Of a DNA stretch of 62,227 bases, positions 20,226 to 29,702 are shown piece after piece. The notes under the pieces are model-generated. The model had not been told where the DNA came from, searched no databases, and saw only the letters and a program-made list of their open reading frames with translations. Within the stretch, counting starts at the first letter, position 1. Every line of letters begins with the position of its first letter. The DNA comes from Desulfobacter sp. GTDB lineage: Bacteria > Desulfobacterota > Desulfobacteria > Desulfobacterales > Desulfobacteraceae. Both the position numbers and the translations under genes were made by a program. The stretch spans positions 1-62,227 of the forward strand of contig JAQYWJ010000001.1 of the NCBI GenBank assembly GCA_030145005.1, in the 5' to 3' direction.

Positions 20226-21539
20226 TCATTCTTCGTTTAAAAAATAACCCAGGATATCCCCCTGGGTGTATATAATCTTCAATATGGACAGATAAAAGGA
20301 GGAGCGGGCATTGGATATGCGCCGCTGGGCATCTACAAGTAACGTATTGGCATCCATGATATCAATACTGTCAGCCATGCCGTATTTAAATTGCATCTGA
20401 ACGGCATTGTAATTTTCTTCGGCAGATTTCACTTCGTCAGCAAGATTGATCAGGGTGGATTTTGAGGTGTTAAATTCCAGAAAAGACTGCTTTGATTGAA
20501 GGATTACCGCCTTTTCTTCATCGGCCAGGGCCTGCTTTGCCTGGCGCTGCCTTGCCTGGGCCTGTCGCACCTGAGCCCTTCGTAATCCGCCGTCATACAG
20601 GGTAAATACGAGTTGGGCCTGGATATATGCCTCTTCGGTATCATATCCGTCTTGGGTTCCGGTTTCTGTATCATAGGTGATGTCTTTTTCCCGGTAGCCG
20701 CCTTCAAGCTCAATGCGGGGCCAGTATTCACCCTTTTCATAGGCAATGGTCCGTTGGGCAATCTCAACATCCTTTGTGGCTTCCTTGATTTCATAACGGT
20801 TTTCAAGGGCACGGGATTTTATTTCTTCAAGGGTGATTGAAAAATTTTCAACATTTTTAATATCCCCAGGTGCAATGGAAAACCGGTCTTCGATGCCGGT
20901 GAGTCTGACAATACCGGCTTTGGCTGTCTGAACATTATTGAGTGCCACAATCTGATTGGTTTTCGCCTTTGACAATTCCGCCTGGGCCCTGTACAGGGCC
21001 GTTCTTGTCACACTGCCCACAATAAGTTTTTGATTCACCGAATCCCTGTATGTATTCAAACGCTCAACTTCGGCATCCGCCACCTCCACCAGACGTTTCA
21101 AATTCAACGTCTGGATAAAGGCCTGGGCCACCTGGAAAATATAATCGCTTCTAATGGTCTGTTCTGAAAATTTTGCCTTTTCAATGCTTTTTTTACTGAC
21201 ATCATAGGCGATTAATTCCTTGCCGTTCAGGGTAAATGACTGGGTGAGTTTGCCGCCTAACGTATTTACATCAGGCGTGTAATCATCGTCGTTTTTATAA
21301 TTCAGGTAACTGCCGTATAGCGTAGCTGAAGGAATAAGCACGGACTGGGCCCGCTTTTTCTCCTGTTCTGCAATATAGGTCTGTTCCCTGGCAATATGGA
21401 TGGTCTCTGCATTTTCATTGGCCATTCGGCACAATTGTTTCAGGGTGTATGACGGTTCGCAGATGCCTTGTGCTGAAAAACCGAAAACCAGTAACAATAA
21501 CGCCTGAACGCAGACATTAATTTTGTTCATCTTTAACAC
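20226..21539 (-). CDS. TolC family outer membrane efflux protein
   Basis: Signal peptide, two OEP-type repeats, YWPRIEL, FTLYDGG and QFKYGMADSIDIMDA. Confidence 0.88.
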   Translation of the reverse strand: MLKMNKINVCVQALLLLVFGFSAQGICEPSYTLKQLCRMANENAETIHIAREQTYIAEQEKKRAQSVLIPSATLYGSYLNYKNDDDYTPDVNTLGGKLTQSFTLNGKELIAYDVSKKSIEKAKFSEQTIRSDYIFQVAQAFIQTLNLKRLVEVADAEVERLNTYRDSVNQKLIVGSVTRTALYRAQAELSKAKTNQIVALNNVQTAKAGIVRLTGIEDRFSIAPGDIKNVENFSITLEEIKSRALENRYEIKEATKDVEIAQRTIAYEKGEYWPRIELEGGYREKDITYDTETGTQDGYDTEEAYIQAQLVFTLYDGGLRRAQVRQAQARQRQAKQALADEEKAVILQSKQSFLEFNTSKSTLINLADEVKSAEENYNAVQMQFKYGMADSIDIMDANTLLVDAQRRISNARSSFYLSILKIIYTQGDILGYFLNEE

Positions 21540-21737
21540 CCTTTATGAACGCAGTTTTTAAACGGCTAACAAGCCTTCCAAACATTACCCCAACGTTGCA
21601 TAAAAATTTTTTAAAATTAATGAAACGTATTGGAATCAAAATGGAAATTTATATACCGCATCATAATCAGAACTTCACATAGAGTTCGATCCTGATTTTG
21701 TTTTGATTTACTTAAAATTTTTACCCTTCGGGGAAGC

Positions 21738-21826
21738 CATGAGAATTTCATCTTCTTCGTTATCAAGGTTTTGCGGTAGTCTACTACAGCTACAACCTTG
21801 AGTGCCTTGCAGCTGAAATTCTCATG
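21738..21826. repeat. Long imperfect intergenic palindrome (REP/REPIN-like)
   Basis: Outer arms CATGAGAATTTCA...TGAAATTCTCATG, inner arms CAAGGTT...AACCTTG, and a GTAGtctaCTAC centre. Confidence 0.6.
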
Positions 21827-21845
21827 ATTTCTGCAATGCTGGGGA

Positions 21846-24335
21846 TTATTTAGGAGTTTCAATGTTCCAGATATTCCGGGCATATTCCCTGACAGCTCTG
21901 TCGCTGGAGAATTTTCCCATATTTGCCGTATTTAAAATGGAACATTTGGTCCATTGTTCCTGATCCTGATACAGGGCCCTGACCTTGTCCTGGGCCTGGA
22001 TGAAGGCGCGGAAATCAGCAAGGACAAAATATTTATCTCCATGGGCCATCAGCGAATCCCAGATGGGTAGAAAAAGATTAGGCTCACCCGGAATAAAATG
22101 ATTAAGCCTGACCATGTCCAGTGTAGTTCTCAGCTCTTCATCGCTATTGTAGTAATGCCAGGGATCGTATCCTTGGGCACTTTTCTTTTCCACCTCTTTG
22201 GCGGTCAGGCCGAAAATAAAAATATTGTCCTCGCCCACCTCTTCCATTATCTCGATATTGGCCCCGTCAAGGGTGCCGATGGTAAGCGCCCCATTTAAGG
22301 CAAATTTCATGTTTCCGGTACCTGACGCTTCAAGTCCTGCCGTTGAAATCTGCTCAGACAGATCTGTTGCGGGTATGATCTTTTCCGCCTGGGAAACACA
22401 ATAATTCGGCAAAAAAAGAACCTCAAGCTTATGGTTTACGTCCGGATCATTATTCACAATGTCTGCAACGGAATTGATCAGCTTGATGATCAGTTTTGCC
22501 TGGACATAGCTAGGTGCCGCCTTACCGCCAAAAATAACCGTCCTCGGCACAATCTCTTTGGCCGGATCCTTTTTTATCCGGTTATACAGGGTGATGACAT
22601 GAAAAATATTTAAAAGCTGGCGTTTGTATTCGTGAATCCGCTTCACATGAACATCAAACAGCGTATCAGGGTTTACATCCGTGCCCACTTTCCGCTTGAT
22701 ATATTTTACCAAACGCGCTTTGTTCCTCAATTTTACCTGTCGCCATTTTTCACGAAATTCAGGGCTGTCTGCATGGGGAATAAGCTTTTTGAGCTGGTCA
22801 AGATCGGTAATCCAGTCTGATCCAATGGTGTCGGTGATAAGGGATGATAAAGCCGGGTTTGCCTGGAGTAACCACCGTCGAGGTGTCACTCCGTTGGTGA
22901 CATTGATAATTTTTCCGGGATAAATAATGTTAAAATCATTAAATAATTTATCTTTAAGAATTCTGGAATGAAGGGCGGCCACGCCGTTGACCGTGTGGCT
23001 CCCCACAATGGCCAGATGGGCCATGCGCACCCTTTGTTCCGGGCCATCTTCAATAATGGAGACCCGGCGTAATAACTCGGGACTGTCTGGATACTGTTTT
23101 TCCACCATGCTTAAAAACCGTCTGTTTATCTCGTAGATGATCTCCATGTGACGGGGCAGCAACCTTGAAATAAGGCGGACCGGCCAGGTTTCCAGGGCTT
23201 CGGGAAGTACTGTATGGTTGGTATAGGCAAAGGTTTTTACTGAAATTTCCCAGGCGTTATTCCATTCAAGGTCTTCCTCATCCAGCAACAGACGCATGAG
23301 CTCGGGAATGGCAATGGCAGGATGGGTGTCATTGAGCTGGACAGCAACCCGGTCAGGCAGCAAATTGAAATCAGGGTTGTGCTTTTTAAACCTGCGCACA
23401 ATGTCCTGGAAGGTGGCAGACACAAAAAAATACTGCTGTTTGAGGCGAAGTTCCTTGCCCACCTCTTTCTCATCACTGGGATAAAGCACCTTGGAGATAT
23501 TTTCCGTGAGTACCTTGCTCTGCATGGCACCAATATAATCGCCCTGATTAAACTCCTGTAAAGAGAACTCCTGGCTGGACATGGCCGCCCATAGCCGCAT
23601 GTTGTTCACATTCTGGGTACCGTACCCCGGGATAAGAATATCACAGGCCATGGCATTAATGTCTAACGTATCCACCCATCGGTAACAACGTTTGCCCGCA
23701 CTGTTTTGATAAGGTTCGGACCTGCCGTAAAATTGAACCTTGTATAAAAATCCCCGGCGCTTGAATTCCCAAGGATTGCCCCAGCGCACCCAGTTATCGC
23801 ATTGTTCCACCTGATACCCGTCAACAATGGTTTGATAAAATATGCCGTAATCATACATGATACCATAGCCATATCCCGGGATATTTAAAGAGGCCATGGA
23901 GTCCATGTAGCATGACGCAAGCCGACCTAAGCCCCCGTTGCCAAGACCTGCATCCCACTCCTGCGCCTCAATCTCCTCCAGGGTAAAGCCGCTTTCTTCC
24001 AGGGTTTTTTCGCACGCTTTGTTCAATTGCATATTGGTGACATAATTCATTAAAAAGCGGCCGGGCAAAAACTCAAGGGAAAGATAATAGACCCGTTTCG
24101 CACTTCTATCGTAGAAAGAGCGCTGGGAATTGAGCCACCTTGTAACCAACCGGTCACGGACACTGTAGGCCAGTCCATTGTAATAAGTGTCTTTCCTGGG
24201 GGGATAAAAATCGTTCCCCATGGTTGTCATGATGTGATGTTTAATATCTTCGTTAAGATCTGTGGCGGGCTGGTCATTGGTTTCCGGAGCCTTGCCCGGA
24301 TAACGTCTTTGGCTTTCCATGATACACTTCCCCAC
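21846..24335 (-). CDS. glgP: Glycogen/alpha-glucan phosphorylase
   Basis: GLGNGGLGRLASC, QLNDTHP, KRIHEYKRQ and EASGTGNMKFALNG (PLP site). Confidence 0.97.
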   Translation of the reverse strand: MGKCIMESQRRYPGKAPETNDQPATDLNEDIKHHIMTTMGNDFYPPRKDTYYNGLAYSVRDRLVTRWLNSQRSFYDRSAKRVYYLSLEFLPGRFLMNYVTNMQLNKACEKTLEESGFTLEEIEAQEWDAGLGNGGLGRLASCYMDSMASLNIPGYGYGIMYDYGIFYQTIVDGYQVEQCDNWVRWGNPWEFKRRGFLYKVQFYGRSEPYQNSAGKRCYRWVDTLDINAMACDILIPGYGTQNVNNMRLWAAMSSQEFSLQEFNQGDYIGAMQSKVLTENISKVLYPSDEKEVGKELRLKQQYFFVSATFQDIVRRFKKHNPDFNLLPDRVAVQLNDTHPAIAIPELMRLLLDEEDLEWNNAWEISVKTFAYTNHTVLPEALETWPVRLISRLLPRHMEIIYEINRRFLSMVEKQYPDSPELLRRVSIIEDGPEQRVRMAHLAIVGSHTVNGVAALHSRILKDKLFNDFNIIYPGKIINVTNGVTPRRWLLQANPALSSLITDTIGSDWITDLDQLKKLIPHADSPEFREKWRQVKLRNKARLVKYIKRKVGTDVNPDTLFDVHVKRIHEYKRQLLNIFHVITLYNRIKKDPAKEIVPRTVIFGGKAAPSYVQAKLIIKLINSVADIVNNDPDVNHKLEVLFLPNYCVSQAEKIIPATDLSEQISTAGLEASGTGNMKFALNGALTIGTLDGANIEIMEEVGEDNIFIFGLTAKEVEKKSAQGYDPWHYYNSDEELRTTLDMVRLNHFIPGEPNLFLPIWDSLMAHGDKYFVLADFRAFIQAQDKVRALYQDQEQWTKCSILNTANMGKFSSDRAVREYARNIWNIETPK

Positions 24336-24515
24336 TTATAATACGGTTATCCCCCATCGTAAACAAAAGACTAATCAGATTTTACCGTTGGCACGTCTTT
24401 TTATCGGGTATGACTTTATAAGAATCTGAACTGTCTTATTAATTAACATAAATTTCAGATAGATATCAATGGATATTTCGCAATAGCGATACCGGCGAGG
24501 TTGGCCCCATAAAAG

Positions 24516-25385
24516 TTAATCTTTCTGAGCCTTTTTGCAGCCACCGCCTTTTTCGCCGGTTCCCGGATCCAGTCCCAGGTGCTCACGTACGCTGCATATA
24601 TCATTGCCTTCCACCACCCAGGAGCCGTCCTGGGCCACCACCAGGGGCACAAAAAAGATATCAGCCTTTTTGAGCAGATCAAAGGTTTTGTTTATACGTT
24701 GGTTCGCCTTTTCACAGCCTGTTGCTGCGTCATTCATTTTCAGGGTTTTATATGCACCATAGCCCAGGTGTTTGCAGATGACATGGGCCGTCATGGTTTT
24801 GCTTTTTTCTCCCAGAACCGGATATATGATTAGTTTCAGGGCAAGGCCCGTTTCCGCAGCCACTTCTTCCAGACCGTCAAGAAGGGTCCTGCAGTGGCTG
24901 CAGGCCGGGTCTGAAATAATATAGATAAACTTATCAGACGACCCTCCCGGCGCAAAGCTCAAAGAAACCAGATCCGCCAGGTCTGCGGCATGGGTTTTAA
25001 AAAAAGCTTTACGCATCTCAACAGCCTTCGCCTTTTTTTCCTTGGCTTTTTTTCGTTCTGCATCAGCAAGCTCAGACAGGCTGGACATGGTTATCCGGGT
25101 AATGGATTCACCGTTTTTATACAGTCGGCCGGCCACAATGAAATCCTTACCCGCGTATACCGGCGCAAGACCGCCTTTAACGGAGAGTACGGCTTCACAA
25201 AGAACACCTTGCTCTTTTTTAAATACCAGTTTTGCATCTTTGGGCACAGGCACCTGGGTTTGTAACCACGCTAAGGTAACATGGTCGCATACCGATTCTG
25301 CACGACCCGAAGAAATACCGGCTGAAAGTACGAAAAGTCCCAGCATAAAACCAGCAAGGCACCTGAAACGCGTTTTGGATGTCAT
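24516..25385 (-). CDS. Exported thioredoxin-fold (DsbC/DsbG-like) protein
   Basis: Signal peptide, YIISDPACSHC CxxC motif and a later FVP cis-Pro-like motif. Confidence 0.7.
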   Translation of the reverse strand: MTSKTRFRCLAGFMLGLFVLSAGISSGRAESVCDHVTLAWLQTQVPVPKDAKLVFKKEQGVLCEAVLSVKGGLAPVYAGKDFIVAGRLYKNGESITRITMSSLSELADAERKKAKEKKAKAVEMRKAFFKTHAADLADLVSLSFAPGGSSDKFIYIISDPACSHCRTLLDGLEEVAAETGLALKLIIYPVLGEKSKTMTAHVICKHLGYGAYKTLKMNDAATGCEKANQRINKTFDLLKKADIFFVPLVVAQDGSWVVEGNDICSVREHLGLDPGTGEKGGGCKKAQKD

Positions 25386-25410
25386 AATCTTATTATACTC
25401 CTTATCTTAG

Positions 25411-27588
25411 TTAATGCCCCGATACCGATGAAAGACGCGGGCTGGGAGAACAAAACACTTCCATATTGTCAATGTACAAAAAGGAGCGCCGGATCCTTGC
25501 CGCCTTGCTCCTTGCCTTTTCCACACTTTGGGCCGGTATTTTATTCTTTTTATACCAGAGATCCGGATCTGATAAAAATTTAATCAGATGGGTTTCTGCC
25601 TGGGCTGCATTTTTACAGGATTTCACAAGATGGGGGGTGAACGCGGGTCCGTATTGTTTATCTGCAATTTTCTGGGTCTGCTTTCTGGCGTTTTCCCATA
25701 AATTATCCGGGTCCAAAAGGATAATGGGTGCCAGAGGATTTTCATGAATTTTCATGGATGTGATGGTGATGCTCAACTCCTCGGCACTGCCGTACCCACC
25801 GGTATTGATTACAGGCAGGTTGCTCAGTTTCTGCAAATGATCCTGGCGGGCCAGGCGCAGTCCTTCATTATATTTAATCAATCCGTCACAGGTGGTTAAA
25901 GAGGCCTGGTTTTCCCCTTCCAAGTCAATGGCGATCCCCACACTCATGATATTATGCCGGCGGGCCAGATCATTGGCTTCTTTCATCAGGCCGGGGCCGC
26001 CACCGTGGACAATGCCCATTTCATCACCTAAATTCAGGGCCAGACGATTGATCAGGTCAATGGTCAGGCGGTTGTCCGCAGCCTTTGTATGTGATCCGTA
26101 AAAGGCAAACCAGAACCTTACCCGGTCAAAACGCTCCCAGTCGTCAGGCTCCATGAAGCACCCATGGTAAAATGAATACAACTTGCCGATCACAGGATCG
26201 TACCGCATGAACTCACACCTGGCCTGCTCGGCATGGGTCAAAGAGATCATGTGCCGTATATCGTCATCAGCGAAACACGGATTTTCCGCATTTATAAGAA
26301 ACGTGCATAACCCGGTTCTTCGCAGCGCATCCACCACTTCCCGTTCCGGAAACCGCCGGCTGATGAACACCCGGGAATTGACACCGCCCAGAACGGACAG
26401 CTTGCCAAGGGTCTCCTTGAACCTGTCGCCTATCGCCTGTGGGATAGTGGGTTCATGGCGGCGCTGGGTACTTTTTGCCAGACAGTTTTTAATGATTTCC
26501 AGTTGGGCCTCCCCTTTGGTATCCTGGGCCCGGGGGACCTGGATAAAATTACCCTTGTTCAGGATCAGACCCATGGCATTTTCATCCAGAATATTAAACA
26601 GATTGGATACCTCGGCATGGGTGAGCAGATCGCACAGCCGGTACCCTTCCTTTACCCTGGCCTTTTCCAGGGGGACGGTCAAGGGGTTGTGACTTCTGAA
26701 AAACCGGATGCGGATACGGATATCACCCAAGGAAACTGGAGTTTTTCCGAGATGATACAGTTCCACCTGCCGGTTCCTGAAGGTACGGAAAGGATCCAAC
26801 ACCCTGGCAGGCAGATGGAAAATATCATCTTTTTCCGGGGCGACCACGGCATCAATGATCCCGTAAATGTCACCCAAAGAGATCTTGATGGCCCCCACAA
26901 AAAGTTCACCCGGATTGAGAAGGGTATGATTCGGATCCATGGGCACCCTGGACCGGATAGCATTCAGGGCGCTCCGACCCTTTTTAATCACCGCGCCAAT
27001 ACTGGATCGGATCATGGCTGCCGGTTCAAAACAATACTGGAAAGACGAGAGCGCCACCTCAATATAATCGCAAATTTTTCCGGTTAACGCATCGGTTTCC
27101 TGAAAGATATCAAAACCTTCATAATAGCCTTTGCCAATTCGGTTACCCACAAAAAGCCGTTTATGAAGGTAATGGCGGACATCCCGGATGCGTAGTTCCG
27201 GGTCCATGACCACGAGCCGGCCGATCTCATCCCCGGTCTCAAAAGAATCCAGGGCATTGGTCAAAAGGGGGTTCAGATTTCGAATTATACCGGAAAGCAG
27301 AATCTTTGATCCGTCAATTTCCGGCACCGGCGGGGTTTCACCGGGCATGTGGGTGTCCGTAAGCAGGCCCATTTGGGCATTGCCGCTTCTGCCGGAAAAA
27401 AACCAGGGTTTGCCTTCCTTTAAGGATGATACAATATAATCCGACACTTTGGGGAACAAAAACCGAACATCCATCTGCGCTTCTCCGGACGTACAAAGGG
27501 CAATGGTATCAATATAACCGTCCGGACTGACTATCTGGGGTATGTCCATCAGCAACCTTATTCTCAAGTGAGCCTGTGCAAAAAACAT
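25411..27588 (-). CDS. Large LOG-family protein (C-terminal LOG/PpnN-like domain)
   Basis: AFYGS, HGGGPGLMKEAN and TGGYGSAEE (variant of PGGxGTxEE); long N-terminal extension. Confidence 0.75.
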   Translation of the reverse strand: MFFAQAHLRIRLLMDIPQIVSPDGYIDTIALCTSGEAQMDVRFLFPKVSDYIVSSLKEGKPWFFSGRSGNAQMGLLTDTHMPGETPPVPEIDGSKILLSGIIRNLNPLLTNALDSFETGDEIGRLVVMDPELRIRDVRHYLHKRLFVGNRIGKGYYEGFDIFQETDALTGKICDYIEVALSSFQYCFEPAAMIRSSIGAVIKKGRSALNAIRSRVPMDPNHTLLNPGELFVGAIKISLGDIYGIIDAVVAPEKDDIFHLPARVLDPFRTFRNRQVELYHLGKTPVSLGDIRIRIRFFRSHNPLTVPLEKARVKEGYRLCDLLTHAEVSNLFNILDENAMGLILNKGNFIQVPRAQDTKGEAQLEIIKNCLAKSTQRRHEPTIPQAIGDRFKETLGKLSVLGGVNSRVFISRRFPEREVVDALRRTGLCTFLINAENPCFADDDIRHMISLTHAEQARCEFMRYDPVIGKLYSFYHGCFMEPDDWERFDRVRFWFAFYGSHTKAADNRLTIDLINRLALNLGDEMGIVHGGGPGLMKEANDLARRHNIMSVGIAIDLEGENQASLTTCDGLIKYNEGLRLARQDHLQKLSNLPVINTGGYGSAEELSITITSMKIHENPLAPIILLDPDNLWENARKQTQKIADKQYGPAFTPHLVKSCKNAAQAETHLIKFLSDPDLWYKKNKIPAQSVEKARSKAARIRRSFLYIDNMEVFCSPSPRLSSVSGH

Positions 27589-27700
27589 GAACCATCAAAA
27601 AGTAAGCATAAATCCGGGGCTATTGTACGTCAAGAAAAAATACATTTTAGAGAATAGCCGTGGCCCTAAAGTCCAGTAAAGATTTTTGATCGCTGAATTT

Positions 27701-28519
27701 TTACGGCTTGTGGGGAGGGGCTTGGAGCGTCCAGGCAAAACCGGCCCGAACCGGGTAGTGATCGGATGGAAAAAGGCCGTTAAAGGAATCTTGTATAACC
27801 TGTTCAAATACGGGAGACAGACCGTTCCTGTATAGTATCCAGTCGATGTGACGCCCTGTCTCTTTCCCGGTAAAATCGTGGAACGTGGTGACGGACCTGC
27901 CTTCCATGACCAGACCAAATCCCCGGGATTTAAAACACCGATGGGCAGGCGAACCCGGGGTGGTGTTAAAGTCTCCGGTAATGATCTGCGGCATTCCCTT
28001 TGGAAAACGTTTAAGAAATTCCATGACCAGACCGGCGGTTTTTTGCTGGACCTCGGATGTGAAATCAAAGTGGGTGTTGACCATGAGCAGATGCCGGTTT
28101 TTCTTTTTAAACCATCCAATGACGCACTGACGGGGCCATATGGAACCGGGAAGCCGGGAGGGGATGTCCGGGGTGCGGCTTAAAAAAAAGTGGCGGTGAC
28201 CCAGGCATTCCCAGGACGAATCGAACAGGATCAGGTTATTCTGCCACCATTCAACCCTTTTGTTGTACCAGCCAATATGACCGTGGTGCATCAGTGACCG
28301 GGTCAGAAATTCGGCCTGGAAATGGTTGACCTCCTGGAAGCCGATAAAATCGCAGGGGTAGGCTTCCAGGATTTTCGACACCAGAGGCTTCCGGTGTTCC
28401 CAGGCATGGGGGCCGTCCTTGGCCAGGCCGAACCGGAGATTAAACGTCATGACGCTGACTGGGTCATCGGTTCTGTTTTTGTCCTTTTCGGGGACGGATA
28501 TGGGGGGAATTTCTGCCAT
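27701..28519 (-). CDS. Endonuclease/exonuclease/phosphatase family protein
   Basis: MTFNLR, GFQEV, NTHFD, TGDFN, IDWI and SDHYPV. Confidence 0.92.
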   Translation of the reverse strand: MAEIPPISVPEKDKNRTDDPVSVMTFNLRFGLAKDGPHAWEHRKPLVSKILEAYPCDFIGFQEVNHFQAEFLTRSLMHHGHIGWYNKRVEWWQNNLILFDSSWECLGHRHFFLSRTPDIPSRLPGSIWPRQCVIGWFKKKNRHLLMVNTHFDFTSEVQQKTAGLVMEFLKRFPKGMPQIITGDFNTTPGSPAHRCFKSRGFGLVMEGRSVTTFHDFTGKETGRHIDWILYRNGLSPVFEQVIQDSFNGLFPSDHYPVRAGFAWTLQAPPHKP

Positions 28520-28663
28520 CAGGACATAGAATGCGATATTCCCTTCCGTCTGTCAACACCTGGTCGCACCTCGGACAGGGCCAACGCATATAAATTTTCT
28601 GAAATGTCAAATGTCTATTGTACCGGATTTAAAATCAAGCTGAAAGCAGGTTACAAGGGATTG

Positions 28664-28801
28664 CCCTGAATGAAACCGCTTAAGGTTTTCCCAGCCGCTT
28701 GCACAAAGCCTGTAAATGATGTATAGATGCGCGGATTAAAATGGACGGTATTATGTATAAAGACAGGGTATTTGCAGAAAAACGGACCACGATTACACCT
28801 T
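28664..28801 (+). repeat. Direct repeat copy 1: cmoA promoter plus first ~20 codons
   Basis: 28682-28801 matches 62102-62221 at 114/120 nt; CCCTGAATGAAAC is also shared just upstream. Confidence 0.95.
28699..28727 (+). promoter_or_regulatory. Putative sigma70 promoter of cmoA
   Basis: TTGCAC, 17 nt spacer, TATAGA; identical in the second copy near 62119-62147. Confidence 0.45.
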
Positions 28802-29493
28802 TCAGGTTCAACGAAAAAGTAGCCCGGGTATTTGACGATATGCTGGTCAGATCAGTACCGCTGTACGGTGAAGTACTTAAACAGCAGGCAAGGATTGCCC
28901 GGCAGTACTATAAACCCGGTACACAGATTTTTGATCTGGGCTGTTCCCATGGCAATTTGGGAATTTTGCTTCTCGACTGCTTTGATGGTGTTGAATTTAA
29001 AATGATCGCTGTTGACAGTGCTGAGCCTATGATCCAGCGATTTAAAAGACGGCTTGCCGTCCATGACAGCCACGGCTGTATTGACCTTGCCTGTGCCTGT
29101 ATTGAAAATATTTCAATTTCAAACGCATCTGTGGTGGTTATCAACTTGACCTTGCAGTTTCTGGATGCTGAAAAGCGGGACGGTCTTATTCAATCCGCCT
29201 TCAATGGGCTTTGCAAAGGCGGCATATTGCTGCTCACGGAAAAAACCGTTCATTCTGATCCACAAATGAATGCCCTGGAGCAGGAATATTACTACCAGTT
29301 TAAAAGAGAAAACGGATATACGGATCTTGAAATCAGTCAGAAGCGGGATGCCCTGGAACGGGTACTGGTTCCCGAGACCGTGGCAGAACATGAAAACCGT
29401 ATCCAAAAGGCCGGTTTTGATTCATTCAATGTTTGGCTGAAGTGGTTTAATTTTACATCCATGATGGCTGTTAAGGCACAAGATCAAAAATAA
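28741..29493 (+). CDS. cmoA: Carboxy-S-adenosyl-L-methionine synthase
   Basis: FRFNEKVARVFDDMLVRSVPLY, DLGCSHG, NLTLQFL and FKRENGYTDLEISQKRDALERVL. Confidence 0.93.
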   Translation: MDGIMYKDRVFAEKRTTITPFRFNEKVARVFDDMLVRSVPLYGEVLKQQARIARQYYKPGTQIFDLGCSHGNLGILLLDCFDGVEFKMIAVDSAEPMIQRFKRRLAVHDSHGCIDLACACIENISISNASVVVINLTLQFLDAEKRDGLIQSAFNGLCKGGILLLTEKTVHSDPQMNALEQEYYYQFKRENGYTDLEISQKRDALERVLVPETVAEHENRIQKAGFDSFNVWLKWFNFTSMMAVKAQDQK

Positions 29494-29702
29494 ATATTCC
29501 GATTGGCGAAAAACAGGATGATTATAAAGCCTTGTAACCTCAATACCTCGACAAGACCAAGCTTGCCAGTCCTCTTTATATCGCATAACGAGCCGCCCCA
29601 AACAAGGTGCGATTCATTAAGCGCTTACCGGCTCACGAATTGATGGAAGATGGGGTTTATAGAGCATTTACCTTTTTGGGGAGTCCGTTGCCCAAATGGG
29701 CA

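Noticed and set aside
21617-21883. 88 aa ORF downstream of glgP
   Set aside because: It overlaps the glgP end and runs through the palindrome; no protein-like features.
24388-24405. TTGGCACG sigma54 -24-like element
   Set aside because: No GC at the -12 position, and it points away from glgP into a convergent gene end.
29494-29702. Possible att site, attC or tRNA at the left island junction
   Set aside because: No convincing inverted repeat, cloverleaf or match to the right junction was found by eye.
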